This document shows, in pieces, positions 30,610 through 41,429 of a stretch of 64,000 bases of DNA (position 1 is its first letter; each line of letters begins with the position of its first letter). A program made the position numbers and the translations under genes. The notes under the pieces are model-generated. The model did no database searches, was not told where the DNA came from, and worked only from the letters and a program-made list of their open reading frames with translations. The DNA is from a virus, in the IMG/VR virus record IMGVR_UViG_3300043397_000067, positions 16,015-80,014 of that record; one strand, given 5' to 3'.

Positions 30610-31824
30610 TTAAACAACTGCTACACCGATACGATCAATGAAGATCAGCTTACGGAGAGCTGATACTGCATTGCCGGTATCAGACAATGCAGTAATTTCA
30701 ACATCGACCATCTGGTCTTTATCCTTAGCGTCGCTGTTGGACTTGTACGTAGCAAGGTTTCCAACAGGCACCGTGAAGATGTAGCCGTTACCAGCAGCAT
30801 CTGTGGAGCTAAAGATAACGCTGGTGTTGGCGTTAGTGCGGAACTTGGTAAACAAGCTCTTGTCAGCGAAGTACAGGCTCATGTTGAGCTTGCAGTCGAT
30901 GGTGCCAGAACCAATACCAACGCTACCCAGAGTACCGATGCCGTCTTGGTTACGAAGACCGTTATCAAAGGACAGGTCCACAGACTTGACAAACGTGCCG
31001 GTCAAAGGAACGCCATCGAGCCAGATAGCATTGGTAGCACCACCGACACCAGAGTGAATGTCATAGGTAGGTGCAGCAATGGGACTGCCCGGCATCACAG
31101 TGGTGTTGGACTCAATACCAGCTTTGCCCATGAAGTCAAAGGTGACTTCCGTGAGAGAGCCGGAAGCAACTTTCAGGCCCATCTTGCTAGGGGTTTGGCC
31201 GGTGTAGGCCACAAACACACCAATGTCTGGGTTCTCACGCTCAATGGTCCAGCTAGTCTGGGTCGTGCCATGCGTCAGTCGTGCAGTCTGCACCTGAATG
31301 GATTCACCAGCCGACACCACAGCAGGAGTATTGGTGTCAAGGGTGATAACCGTAGTCGTAGGAGCCGTGACGGTGCTGACACGCAGAATCTTGCCGTTGT
31401 TAGCGCCAGCACTGGTAATACGGAACCACTGACCTTTTTGCAGGTTAGTGAATATGCTGCTACCAGAAGTGGCAGACGTAGCCGTAATAGCAGTAGTAGA
31501 GATGCTGGTAGTAGGAGTAGCTACACCAACGCCATCAGTACCAAACTCGGTAAAGGTAGATTGCAGGGTAGACTCCAAGAAAGGCTCTACACCCGCGTAG
31601 TGCATTTCTTGAGTAACGCCACCGTTAGCAGTAGCACCAACAGGTACCTTGCTAGAAATAGTACGGGTGCCGTTAATTTCCTTGGATGCTTCCTTGGAGA
31701 TGGCGTAATCAAGGCTTTCACCCGTGATACGCAGGGCGCTGGAGTTACCTGCTACTGGGGTAACGCCAAACGTGGATTCTTTGATTGCGCGTACAACGGC
31801 AAGGCTGGATGATGCAAAAGGCAT
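30610..31824 (-). CDS. major tail tube protein
   Basis: KESTFGVTP...LRITGESL, FDNGL...G.LG motifs; internal Thr-rich inserted domain; synteny. Confidence 0.85.
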   Translation of the reverse strand: MPFASSSLAVVRAIKESTFGVTPVAGNSSALRITGESLDYAISKEASKEINGTRTISSKVPVGATANGGVTQEMHYAGVEPFLESTLQSTFTEFGTDGVGVATPTTSISTTAITATSATSGSSIFTNLQKGQWFRITSAGANNGKILRVSTVTAPTTTVITLDTNTPAVVSAGESIQVQTARLTHGTTQTSWTIERENPDIGVFVAYTGQTPSKMGLKVASGSLTEVTFDFMGKAGIESNTTVMPGSPIAAPTYDIHSGVGGATNAIWLDGVPLTGTFVKSVDLSFDNGLRNQDGIGTLGSVGIGSGTIDCKLNMSLYFADKSLFTKFRTNANTSVIFSSTDAAGNGYIFTVPVGNLATYKSNSDAKDKDQMVDVEITALSDTGNAVSALRKLIFIDRIGVAVV

Positions 31825-31918
31825 AAGTTGCTCCGGTTAGATTGACTTTGCTGGAGTCTATAGGCGTAGGTACCGAATAGACCTTACACTACTATTTTCT
31901 GGATAACAAACCTTACCA

Positions 31919-32332
31919 TTAGTAGGTCTTGTCGCACCAGAAGGGCACTATCACTTGGTACTCAACCCTATTCTTGTCAGGATGGGCACCTCCCATCATG
32001 GCCATATAGGTTCTAACAGAGCCAAGTGTTTTTCTCTGTAAGCGTTCATAGAAGTGACTCAGTAGGGCATTAGCCTTGGCAGAGCCCTCTCCCTCTCGGA
32101 CAGAAGCCCCAAGCAGTATCTGCCCCATAATTCGGTGTACCGGATTATCGGATATATCAGCTTGGTAACCATCAATAAGGTTTACTTTGACGCATAAGAA
32201 TGGGTCAGTAAGTTCATACCTAGACTCAAGTACTCGGTTGTCATACTCAATGCTAAGCGCCCAAGCTGTAAAACTTGGGGCAGCAGCTACTACAGCAGTA
32301 GTAATGTCTTGTCTGATTGAATCAAGGCTCAT
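31919..32332 (-). CDS. tail terminator protein
   Basis: Size, position upstream of the tube gene, and C-terminal V.VPF motif. Confidence 0.6.
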   Translation of the reverse strand: MSLDSIRQDITTAVVAAAPSFTAWALSIEYDNRVLESRYELTDPFLCVKVNLIDGYQADISDNPVHRIMGQILLGASVREGEGSAKANALLSHFYERLQRKTLGSVRTYMAMMGGAHPDKNRVEYQVIVPFWCDKTY

Positions 32333-32832
32333 TTTGCATACCCGAATTTAGTTTTAATAGCAGCCGCTACTGCAGGTATCCCACCAGCCCTTATATTAGC
32401 TTCTCTTATCTTAACAAGGCCAGCTTCCATTGCTTCTGCTATGGGCTTAGTATTAACAAGCAGTACCTTACTGTTCCACTTTATATTAGCAATGATTTCT
32501 TTATTATAGTCCACCCGCGGCTTAAATATTGGGTCTCCGGCTACTTTAGGTTTAACCTGTTCACCAACGTAACCGTATGAGCCAGTCTTACCAAAGCTAG
32601 CATCATGTCTTGCTCTATCAGGTATCTTAGAGTAAGCTGGATTTTTATACCCAGTTATCTCTACATACCAGTTAGCAGCAAGATCGCCTGTATACTGAGG
32701 AGTAACCCTCCAAGCGTACTCAAGTACTTTAAGCGTATGCATTTGAACATACTTAGTCGCAGACCTCGTTATTTTATTTTTAGCAGCCTGCGTCTTATCT
32801 TTCCACCTGTTTACATTACCAGTTACTATCAT
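32329..32832 (-). CDS. tail completion / neck protein (HK97 gp10-like)
   Basis: TPQYTGDLAANW motif; synteny. Confidence 0.65.
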   Translation of the reverse strand: MIVTGNVNRWKDKTQAAKNKITRSATKYVQMHTLKVLEYAWRVTPQYTGDLAANWYVEITGYKNPAYSKIPDRARHDASFGKTGSYGYVGEQVKPKVAGDPIFKPRVDYNKEIIANIKWNSKVLLVNTKPIAEAMEAGLVKIREANIRAGGIPAVAAAIKTKFGYAK

Positions 32833-33668
32833 AGGCGTGTAAGATTATGTGCCCAAGCATCAAGGTCTTGGTTTACTGAACTCACTCTATAAATCTTGCC
32901 ACTAACTGTAATAGTTCTTCCTGTTGGTACTTCCACGGGCAGAATTAGCGTAATATCTGCAGCATTAACTTTTGGTTCAGCTTGGTTGTTATAGTTATAC
33001 AACTTGTACGCATCAAGCTTTATACCGTTATAGTTACCTGACGTAGTGGTATAAGTATCTGTTACTGGGTTATAAGTTTTCACAGTATCTACTGAAACTG
33101 CTACTATGCTCTCATTAGGGCTATCATCAAGTTCATCACAGCCTGCAAGCATCAAGCCTTCAAGTTCCAGGTGTAAGCCTCTTACTCTAGTCAACTTATT
33201 CTCAAAGCTTATGAAGTAGCCCCGACTTACTACTTCGTTACCAGAATAGAAAATATTCCAGAACGGGTCGTACTGTGAGTTAGTGATACCATTTACGGTA
33301 TCCTTAAGGTACTGCTTGTGTGTATGTACTGTAGTGCCAGAGTCCCCATTACATACCTGCAGCGGTGTCCTGAACTGCGCTACATCAGTTACCTTCTTAA
33401 TCCAGTAGTTCTTGCGAATAGGCTCACCAAAGATAGAGTCTGTGAGGCCATCGCCTACAAGCCAGTTCTCACCTTCAATCCTAATAGACCTGCGCGCGGG
33501 TATAGAAAAGCTTGGGTCTAGCGACAGAATACGACGCTTAGATGTAGTTCCGTCTGGTGAACCCTCGTCGTAAGTACTATACTGCCCATTAAACAAAAAG
33601 GCGTTAGTGTACCCATTGTATATGGGTACATCATCAAACCACCTTGCTGCTTGAAATAGATCAGCCAT
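32829..33668 (-). CDS. head-tail joining / closure protein
   Basis: Synteny in the neck module. Confidence 0.45.
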   Translation of the reverse strand: MADLFQAARWFDDVPIYNGYTNAFLFNGQYSTYDEGSPDGTTSKRRILSLDPSFSIPARRSIRIEGENWLVGDGLTDSIFGEPIRKNYWIKKVTDVAQFRTPLQVCNGDSGTTVHTHKQYLKDTVNGITNSQYDPFWNIFYSGNEVVSRGYFISFENKLTRVRGLHLELEGLMLAGCDELDDSPNESIVAVSVDTVKTYNPVTDTYTTTSGNYNGIKLDAYKLYNYNNQAEPKVNAADITLILPVEVPTGRTITVSGKIYRVSSVNQDLDAWAHNLTRL

Positions 33669-34149
33669 TTGTAACAGGGTCCGTTCCAAGGGTGGCTGCA
33701 AGGGCTGTGACCAGCGTGACGCGGGTTACCCCTGCTGCAGCGGGTTCTGCGCTTGCGTAAGCCGCCAAGAGCCTGTAGCGCAGCGACGTAAGAGCAGCAT
33801 CCACGCCATCCCTTACGTCTGCAAAAATATCCGTTTGTCGCTGAAATTCTGCCCTGCCGTCAGTGATACGCTGTACGGAAAACATGGGCAAAGAAGTGAG
33901 AAGCTCTTTGGCTATTGCATATGCAGCATACAGCTTAGTCACTTTTAAGAACCTAGTTTGCACATCTGTAGGAGACGGCAAAGCAGTGATCTCAGCGAAC
34001 TTAGCTGGTATGTTAACGTCTACATCCTCAAGCTTTAGATCAACCAGTATGTCATACATGGGTTGAGTAAGCGCTGCGTCTGAAAGCTCCTTAGAGGATA
34101 CCCCAAGTATAGCCCTCAGTTCGTCATGTGTGGTGTAGGTCGTAAGCAT
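33661..34149 (-). CDS. head-tail adaptor
   Basis: YTT.DELRAILG N-terminus, helical; synteny. Confidence 0.55.
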   Translation of the reverse strand: MLTTYTTHDELRAILGVSSKELSDAALTQPMYDILVDLKLEDVDVNIPAKFAEITALPSPTDVQTRFLKVTKLYAAYAIAKELLTSLPMFSVQRITDGRAEFQRQTDIFADVRDGVDAALTSLRYRLLAAYASAEPAAAGVTRVTLVTALAATLGTDPVTNG

Positions 34150-34190
34150 CCAGCGATGATAGACCTATCGGGTTTTACCCGATATAGAAC

Positions 34191-34382
34191 TTACTTCTTT
34201 TTGGAGTCTTTGGTAGGCTCAGTAGGCGCTTCGGCCTTGATGGTGGGCTGTCCTTCAATCCATGCGTTCGATTTAACCTTCACAGGCTCTCCCGGATTGA
34301 ATACGTGACCGCTGATAGGGTCAGCAAACGCAAAGTTGCCGGTATTGGTGTGAACAATGCCGTCTTCATCAATGATTTTCAT
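34191..34382 (-). CDS. small hypothetical virion protein
   Basis: GAGGA RBS and TAAAAT upstream; first minus-strand gene after the capsid/endonuclease. Confidence 0.5.
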   Translation of the reverse strand: MKIIDEDGIVHTNTGNFAFADPISGHVFNPGEPVKVKSNAWIEGQPTIKAEAPTEPTKDSKKK

Positions 34383-34487
34383 AGATTCCTCAGTTTGTGG
34401 AGCCCCGGATTTTACCCAAGGAAGGATGCAATTTTCGTGTACACTATGCGCCAGTTTATAAATTCTTACCAATGAATAGGTGACCTA

Positions 34488-36131
34488 GTGAACAAGTTTG
34501 AGGAATTCGTAGCAAAGGCTGGCCCAGTCCATGAGGGTAAGTACACATACTTATCTATAGGTACTGGAAAACGTAGAAAGATAGTTTATCAGTGTTCTAC
34601 TCACGGAGTCAAGGAGCAGGACGCTACAGCACACCTAAGAGGTGCTGGATGTGTGGACTGTTCCTATGAGCTTAGAGCCGCTAATAAAAAACTAACGCTA
34701 GAGCAGGCTATTAAAAGGATAGGGTCAAAACATAATAATAAGTACAGTTACTTAAGAATTGGCACTAACTCAGCCAATAAGTCCACTGTAGTGTATGTAT
34801 GTAATAAACATGGAGAGCAAGAGCAGTCCCTAAATGACCACGCTAACGGACACTCATGCTGTGGCTACGATACTTTAAAAGTAAGTAACTCTGATAGGTA
34901 TGAGGACTACTTAGCTAAAGCTATTAAAATCCATGGCAATAAATACACGTATAAACCGTCTGATATAGAAGGTTACTTTTTAATCACATGCCCTACACAT
35001 GGAGAGTTTCATAAGAGATTTACAAGCCATGTACACTCCGAAGAAGGGTGTAAGAATTGTGCTTATGAAGCCTTCGGTAAGTCCATAAGGTACGACTTTG
35101 AAGACTACTGCAGTAGAGCATCTACAGCTCATAATAATAGATATACATATACTGAACTTATATACGGTAAAGGTCGTACACTTATAAGAGCTGTATGTAG
35201 AGAACACGGAGAATTCATACAGAATGCTAAAGACCACTTATCTAAGCTGACTAACTGCCCTAAGTGCAGTAATAGCGGTGTGTCTGCACCTTCTATAGAG
35301 TTATCTGAATACTTAAGCCAGTTCGGTTTAGTAGAGAGTGAATATAGAGTAGAGGGTTGCAGGTTAAGATGGGATATAAAATATAGTAATACTTTAATAG
35401 AGTACGACGGCCTATACTGGCATTCGTCACAGCATAAGAGTAACGCGTACCATAGCGAAAAAAGACGCTTAGCAGAGTCGTCAGGATTTAGTCAAATAAA
35501 TATATTTAGTGATGAGTGGACTAATAAGAAAGCTTTAGTAAAGCGGCTGTTGCTTAATAGGCTTGGATTATCAACAGAGTCTACAGTCTATGCTAGAAAT
35601 ACTGTAGTATGTATTGTAGATTCAAAAAAAGCTAGTGAGTTCCTAGACTTATACCATATACAGGGCTATAAAAAATCTAGTCACTATGTTGGATTAGTAT
35701 ATAGTGGAGAAGTAATAGCTATAATAGGCTATGAAATGCGTGAGTCTGGCAGAGGTAAAACAACGTCTAGCAGCCACATGGAAATTACCCGGTACACAAC
35801 AAGCTGTTCTGTACCGGGTGGGTTCAGTAAATTACTTAGCTTCCTTATAAAGAATAGCCCCGACTTAGTTGAGGTATATACATTCTCAGATAAAAGGCTA
35901 TTTTCTGGTACGTTATACGAACGCTGTGGGTTCAAAAAAGTAGCCACTGTAAGACCTAGCTACTTCTACACTGATGGGGTTAGTAGGTATGACAAGTCTT
36001 CATACCAAAAAAGTAAGTTAGCTACTATGACCAACAAAGTTGGCACTGAGGAAGAAATGGCTGCTTCTCTTGGGCTATACAGGGTTTATGACTGCGGTAA
36101 AGTGAAGTGGTCTAAGCGAATCAGCAAATAA
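34488..36131 (+). mobile_element. free-standing homing endonuclease (DUF723-like zinc-ribbon repeats + PD-(D/E)XK domain, Hef-like)
   Basis: Four H..KY.Y...C..HG...H..G.GC..C repeats; WDI...IEYDGLYWHS; C-terminal YART...HIQG...YDCG; antisense insertion; AT-rich. Confidence 0.75.
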
Positions 36132-36158
36132 ATAAGGGACCCTAGGGTCCCTTATTTA
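36129..36158. terminator. bidirectional terminator (30-bp perfect palindrome)
   Basis: TAAATAAGGGACCCT|AGGGTCCCTTATTTA between the capsid gene and the convergent endonuclease. Confidence 0.8.
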
Positions 36159-36175
36159 CTCAATGAACATTATGT

Positions 36176-37393
36176 TCAGGAGATGGTAAGCGCGTCAAAC
36201 GGCTTCAAGTCGGTATCGCCCATCGTGCGGTAGACTTCCTCAGACCACTGCATCGTCATAGCTTCGCTGCGACGCAGAACGAAGGCTTCCGAAGCCGTGT
36301 AGTTAGCAGACACGTTCTGCACACGGGTGATAGCGTAACGGCTATCAACAGCGTACACAGTGTTTGCAGGCACTGGACCACCGTCGGTAGCTGCATCCGT
36401 GATGAACCACACCACATCGTTACCAAAGCCGACATTTGCAGCACGGGCTTGTGGGTCAATACGAGCCAAGGTTGGGTCGTAGTTGGTAGTACCGGGGCGA
36501 CCGGTACGGCTTTCAACCTTCAGGTACGTGTCAATGTCGCCCATTACGTGAGTAACGGTACGGAACTTGCGGTTACGGGCAAGGAACTTGACCCAAGCTT
36601 TGTGGGTGAGCACACCGCCAGTAGCAGCAGCATCCAAGCTGGTAGAAGTCACAGCAGACACAGCACCCACGATCAGGTCACTGTTACCAGTGAATAGATC
36701 AGCAATGTACTGGTACACGCGACCATCTTTTTCCACTTCCAGATAGCGGCCCATCGTCAGGGCAACCATGTCCAGAGTAGAGGCGCGCAGAGCCTGCTGA
36801 GAGAACTCAAGCTGGATACCGTAGGTAGGCAGCTTGCGGATACGGTCGGAGGTGCCGAAGCGCATGATGGTCGGGGCTTCTGCAAACTGAGCGATACGCT
36901 GAGCGCGGGCTTGCTCAGGACCGTTCAGGGTGCCGTAGCTGATAACGGGCTGCTCGAAGTTTTCGTTAGCAATGGACAGCTCTTGGCCAACCATGCCGTT
37001 GAAAACGTTGCCGTCCGTAGTACGGTCTTTCATCATCTTGTCTTCGACAAGTTGAATCAGAGCAGCAGGGAACAGGGTACGAGAAGCGCTACCGAAAGGC
37101 GTACCGGAATCACGAGCGTTACCGGCAGCTTCAAAGCCGCTAGAACCGTCCAAGATTTCAGCCACCGTCTTGTCACGCAGACCAAAAGCGTTGTCACCGG
37201 CGACCGACAGGCCTTCCGAAGCAAACAACTGCTGCGCGGCAGTACCGAGCTTAGCGTCAAAGTCGCTGAACTCACGGTTGATATAGGCTGCAACGCTCAG
37301 ATTGGCGCGTTGAGCGTTCTGGTACATCTCAGCGCCAAGGCGCTCAGGTGCTACGTGCTGGATAACGCCAGCGGTGTCTTGGTAGAATGCCAT
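36176..37393 (-). CDS. major capsid protein
   Basis: 405 aa; strong AAGGAG RBS; biased codon use; follows protease and decoration genes and precedes a terminator. Confidence 0.8.
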   Translation of the reverse strand: MAFYQDTAGVIQHVAPERLGAEMYQNAQRANLSVAAYINREFSDFDAKLGTAAQQLFASEGLSVAGDNAFGLRDKTVAEILDGSSGFEAAGNARDSGTPFGSASRTLFPAALIQLVEDKMMKDRTTDGNVFNGMVGQELSIANENFEQPVISYGTLNGPEQARAQRIAQFAEAPTIMRFGTSDRIRKLPTYGIQLEFSQQALRASTLDMVALTMGRYLEVEKDGRVYQYIADLFTGNSDLIVGAVSAVTSTSLDAAATGGVLTHKAWVKFLARNRKFRTVTHVMGDIDTYLKVESRTGRPGTTNYDPTLARIDPQARAANVGFGNDVVWFITDAATDGGPVPANTVYAVDSRYAITRVQNVSANYTASEAFVLRRSEAMTMQWSEEVYRTMGDTDLKPFDALTIS

Positions 37394-37423
37394 TTTGTGA
37401 ACTCCTTATTTGTGTGTAGTGGA

Positions 37424-37897
37424 TTAGCAGACTTCCATGATAACACCGGAAGTACCAACGGCACCAGTACCGGCAGTACCAAGCGAAACCACGCGCCACT
37501 TGTAGACGATGCCCGTAGCTGCAGCCGTAGCTTTGCAAACCTTGGGATACACAGTCATTGCCGTATTACGAGCAACTGGAGTACCAGTAACCACATAATC
37601 ACCCACAGCGATGGTGCCAGTGCCGGGCGTAGCTTGCAGACCATCAAAGGTCACATCAAGGATGCCTTCACAGATAACGCCACCGATGGAGAAGCCGTTT
37701 TGCGTAGCCGGTTCCACGGAAGTGATAACGGCTTCGATTTCATTGCCTACTGCACAGAGGTCATACTGACTCTCAGCGGCCAGCTTGACAAACTTGCCAG
37801 CATCATTTTCGCTGTAGTTGACACCTTGAGCGCCAAGACGAACGGTGATAGCCGTGTCCTGTACACCCTGAGGGCGGATATAGTGTTGACGTGCCAT
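37424..37897 (-). CDS. capsid decoration/cement protein
   Basis: Beta-rich 157 aa between scaffold and capsid; AAGGAG RBS. Confidence 0.6.
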   Translation of the reverse strand: MARQHYIRPQGVQDTAITVRLGAQGVNYSENDAGKFVKLAAESQYDLCAVGNEIEAVITSVEPATQNGFSIGGVICEGILDVTFDGLQATPGTGTIAVGDYVVTGTPVARNTAMTVYPKVCKATAAATGIVYKWRVVSLGTAGTGAVGTSGVIMEVC

Positions 37898-37923
37898 GTT
37901 AGTGACTCCTTAGAAATGGCGGG

Positions 37924-39369
37924 TTATTTAGAGACAAGTGCTGCAAACATGGGACTCACCCGAGCCGTAGGCTTAGGTGCGTCCTCACTAGCGGCGGTTG
38001 CAGCGACCCCGCCCACTTTCATTTTCTTACGGTACTCAACAGACAGCCGTGCATGCTCTGCAAGCACTTCCGATGCAGACATAGTAGCCGTGTCAACAGT
38101 CTGGTTGAGTGGAACACTCATGTTCTTCACAGACACTCGAACAATATCAAGGGCAGCATTAAGTTGCACCTTGTTAGCGTCCAGCTCTGCCTTAGCAGCT
38201 ATGGCTTCTGCAGTAGCAGCGGCAGCAGCCACATTAGCATCCGACACCATCTTCTGCAGAACAGTCAGTGTATCAGCGCCGCTTTCAGCAGCCGCAGGTA
38301 CGACAGTAGCAGTAGTTTCGGTAGTACTGGCAGTAGCTTCCGTAGCTTCTTTATCTTCTGCATCAAGGTCAACACCAGCAGCAAGTGCTTCAAGGTGTTC
38401 CTGTGAGAGTGGTTTTGGCATTGGTGTTCCTTGCGAATTGGGCGAATTATCTGCCAAAACATCAGTACCGGGAAGCGTAGATGCTTGAACTGTGCCACTA
38501 TTGGAAGATTCAGCTTTGAAATTAGACGCTTGCGCCCTCGCTTTAGCCTTGTCTGCCAAGGAAGCAGCCTTGGCAAAGGCATCTTCAAAGGTGCCCACCT
38601 TGTCCACAAGGCCCACATCTACGGCTTGCTGCCCAATAAACTCCCGGCCTTGACCAAACTTACCATCTGCTACAGACTTAGTAACTCCACGAGCATCAGC
38701 CATATAGCCCAAGAAAATGCTGCTAAGCGTATCGGCTTGAGCCTGCAACTGGTCCTTGGCTTTCTGGCTAAGTGGCTCAACTGCTGTTGCAAGTGCCTTG
38801 CTGTCGCCGGAGCGAATAACTGTAGGCGTAATGCCGTCAGCAGCAAGCTGCTTAGAGCGTTCTACATGAGTAATCATCGTACCAATGCTACCAACCAATG
38901 AGGTTTCACCGACTACAGAGTAGCGTGCAGATGCACCAATCCACAACGCAGCACTAGCCATGCGCGAACCCGAATAGGTGACAACAGGCTTTACCTTGTC
39001 AACGCGACGAATAAGAGCGGCAGTTTCTGACACACCATCGACTTGGCCACCACCGGACTTTACGTTAAGGAGAATGGAGCCAACTGAGGGGTCAGTAACG
39101 GCCATTGCAAGCGCGTCACGAATGTCACCATACCCAGTAACGCCAAAGTATAGTCCGTAGCCGACATTACCGTCAACTAAAGAGCCACTAACCGTGATGA
39201 TAGCAACCCCATTTTGCTTTTCATACATCATCTTTGCAAGGTCAGGGTTATCTGACAAAGCAGCAACGATCTGGTTTTTCTCCATACCAAGGATTTCACC
39301 CTTGTTAAGGGCTATAACGGAAGCGTCATAGGAATCCTGAGAACCTAACCAAAGAATTGACTTATACAT
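37924..39369 (-). CDS. prohead protease (peptidase S49) with C-terminal scaffold
   Basis: SGGGQVDG, MASAALWI, VGSIG, GLVD motifs; Ala/Glu-rich helical C-terminus. Confidence 0.9.
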   Translation of the reverse strand: MYKSILWLGSQDSYDASVIALNKGEILGMEKNQIVAALSDNPDLAKMMYEKQNGVAIITVSGSLVDGNVGYGLYFGVTGYGDIRDALAMAVTDPSVGSILLNVKSGGGQVDGVSETAALIRRVDKVKPVVTYSGSRMASAALWIGASARYSVVGETSLVGSIGTMITHVERSKQLAADGITPTVIRSGDSKALATAVEPLSQKAKDQLQAQADTLSSIFLGYMADARGVTKSVADGKFGQGREFIGQQAVDVGLVDKVGTFEDAFAKAASLADKAKARAQASNFKAESSNSGTVQASTLPGTDVLADNSPNSQGTPMPKPLSQEHLEALAAGVDLDAEDKEATEATASTTETTATVVPAAAESGADTLTVLQKMVSDANVAAAAATAEAIAAKAELDANKVQLNAALDIVRVSVKNMSVPLNQTVDTATMSASEVLAEHARLSVEYRKKMKVGGVAATAASEDAPKPTARVSPMFAALVSK

Positions 39370-39779
39370 TACAAAAGCTCCATGAGTATAATGGCAAGTT
39401 CTTCATCGGAGATTCCGACCTTACCCTCTGCCACCATTGTACCAATGCTTGACTTGGAAGATACACGCAAAACAGCCAGTCTAGCGCCTGATTTAACTGT
39501 GACATTTCCGATTTTGGTAGTGGTATCTACCGTTACTAGTTCCAGAGCTACACCAACTTTAGCCTCTAGCTTATTTATAGTAGCTTGAGTAAGTACACCT
39601 TCTAGGCGTACATGCTTGGCTACTCTGTTGTATTTTTTGGCTTGGTATGGATTAGCATAAGCACCACCGAATGTCTGGTTTGGTGCTTCTGGTAACTCTA
39701 TAGCTATGTAAGTAAAGCCCTGCAATGCAAGTGCCATTACTCCGTAACCTATGCCTTGCAGTGCTATATTAAGGCTCAT
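39369..39779 (-). CDS. hypothetical protein
   Basis: Operon continuity; C-terminal DEELAIIL motif. Confidence 0.5.
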   Translation of the reverse strand: MSLNIALQGIGYGVMALALQGFTYIAIELPEAPNQTFGGAYANPYQAKKYNRVAKHVRLEGVLTQATINKLEAKVGVALELVTVDTTTKIGNVTVKSGARLAVLRVSSKSSIGTMVAEGKVGISDEELAIILMELL

Positions 39780-41416
39780 ACTCTGGTTACCGTAGTTACA
39801 TTACCAACTGTATTTATAGTCTGTGTAATAGAGCCCGCTGATCTTGTGTTATTGCTTACTGTAAGATCAGCACCTATACCATGCAGCATAGCAAGTTCGC
39901 TGAGCATTACGGATACGTTAGCATCCGTAAAGCTTGGCTCCTCAAGTGTACTTACAGTAACTATATCTGTCCCTGTAACAGCTTGTACCAGCGAGCCTGC
40001 CTGCCTTCCAGTAGGGCTTACTACTAATGGGTCGCTGCTAAGGCCGTGAAGCTTGTATATCTTAAATAACTTAAGTATATCTTCTGTACTAATCAAGTAC
40101 AGTATCGAGCCGCTACCGGCTACTGGCGTTACCGTGATTGGCCGTAGTGAAGACAAAGCGCCTGCGCCAGCACTCGCCAAACCCTGAGCAGGCGTAAAGC
40201 TGACCTGTGGGCAGGTAGCTACTCCAGTAGCATTTACTGTAGCATAACCGTTAGGCGTAGCTATATTTATGCTTGAGCAAGCTGTAGTAGCAGTAGCGTC
40301 TACTCTTGCTATAGCATTTGGTGCAGCAAGCTGCACAGCTTGATTACTAGCGGATACAGTAGCACTTCCGCTAGCACTAGCTGTTGGTGCTTGTAAATTC
40401 ACCAGGGCTACTGCACCAGAACCCGTAGCTTCATTAGTAAAGTAACCACTTCCCTGTACTGGGGTTGTAGTTACTACAGGCGTTGACCCGCTAGCTACTG
40501 CACTACCAGAACTGTTAGCTACTGGAGCGGCTATAACTACTACAGAGTTAGTGGTACTAGCTACTGCACTGCCTGAGCCAGTAACAGTAGTAGCAACTAC
40601 AGATACCGATGCTAAGCTTGCGCTAGCTGCTGCGCTACCGTTAGCTGATACTGTTTCTGCCGTAACAGATACTGGGGCTACAGTTACAGAACCAAGTCCA
40701 GAGCCGTTGGCACTTGCTGTGGGTGCGGCAAGTATTGCCGTTGGCAAAGACGCACTAATAAGTCCCGAGCCGTTTGCGCTAGCTGCTGGAGCAGTAACAA
40801 CCGCTGCTGCGGGTGCAGTGCTTGCTGATGCAGTACCGGTAGCTGAACCAGCCACAGGTGTAAGGTTTATTACAGTGCTTGCAGCAGACGCAGTAACAGA
40901 TACGTTGCCAGTAGCGGCAGGAGCTACTATAGATACGCTAGCAAGTGCAGCACTCGCTGTATTGGAAACTGTAGCAGCACCGGATACCGATGAAATAGAT
41001 ACAGCAGATATGGAACCACTACCAGTAGCGTTAGAATTAGCTACTCCAGTACCATTTGGCGCTACTACTGTTACAACACTATTAGCAGCAGAACCTACCG
41101 CAGAACCACTACCAGTACCGGTAGTAGGGGTAGCCGATAATGGATTAATGGTAGCAGAAGCAACCCCTGAACCATTTGCAGTAGCAGCAGGAACTACTAC
41201 AGTCGCAGGTGAAACTACAGAGCTACCAACTGCTGTGCCAGAAGCAGTACCAGCAAGTGCTACAACAGATAAACCGCTGACTACACTGCTAGCAGACGCA
41301 CTGCCACTACCGCTGCCAGTAGCAAATACTAAGCTGATAGCGGAAAGTGAGCCACTACCCGTGGCATCTACTCCACCGCCACCGCCTACGGCTGTAAGGG
41401 CTAGTAGCAGTGACAT
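39776..41416 (-). CDS. Ala/Ser/Thr/Val-rich repetitive virion filament protein
   Basis: Roughly 23-aa A(N/T)GS(G/A)..S...V...AP repeats; GGAG RBS. Confidence 0.55.
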   Translation of the reverse strand: MSLLLALTAVGGGGGVDATGSGSLSAISLVFATGSGSGSASASSVVSGLSVVALAGTASGTAVGSSVVSPATVVVPAATANGSGVASATINPLSATPTTGTGSGSAVGSAANSVVTVVAPNGTGVANSNATGSGSISAVSISSVSGAATVSNTASAALASVSIVAPAATGNVSVTASAASTVINLTPVAGSATGTASASTAPAAAVVTAPAASANGSGLISASLPTAILAAPTASANGSGLGSVTVAPVSVTAETVSANGSAAASASLASVSVVATTVTGSGSAVASTTNSVVVIAAPVANSSGSAVASGSTPVVTTTPVQGSGYFTNEATGSGAVALVNLQAPTASASGSATVSASNQAVQLAAPNAIARVDATATTACSSINIATPNGYATVNATGVATCPQVSFTPAQGLASAGAGALSSLRPITVTPVAGSGSILYLISTEDILKLFKIYKLHGLSSDPLVVSPTGRQAGSLVQAVTGTDIVTVSTLEEPSFTDANVSVMLSELAMLHGIGADLTVSNNTRSAGSITQTINTVGNVTTVTRV

Positions 41417-41429
41417 TTACTCTCCGTGT

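Noticed and set aside
36911-38488. 525-aa + strand ORF (also 30946-31812, 40551-41456, 20288-21031)
   Set aside because: Shadows of codon-biased structural genes on the - strand; no RBS or recognisable motifs.
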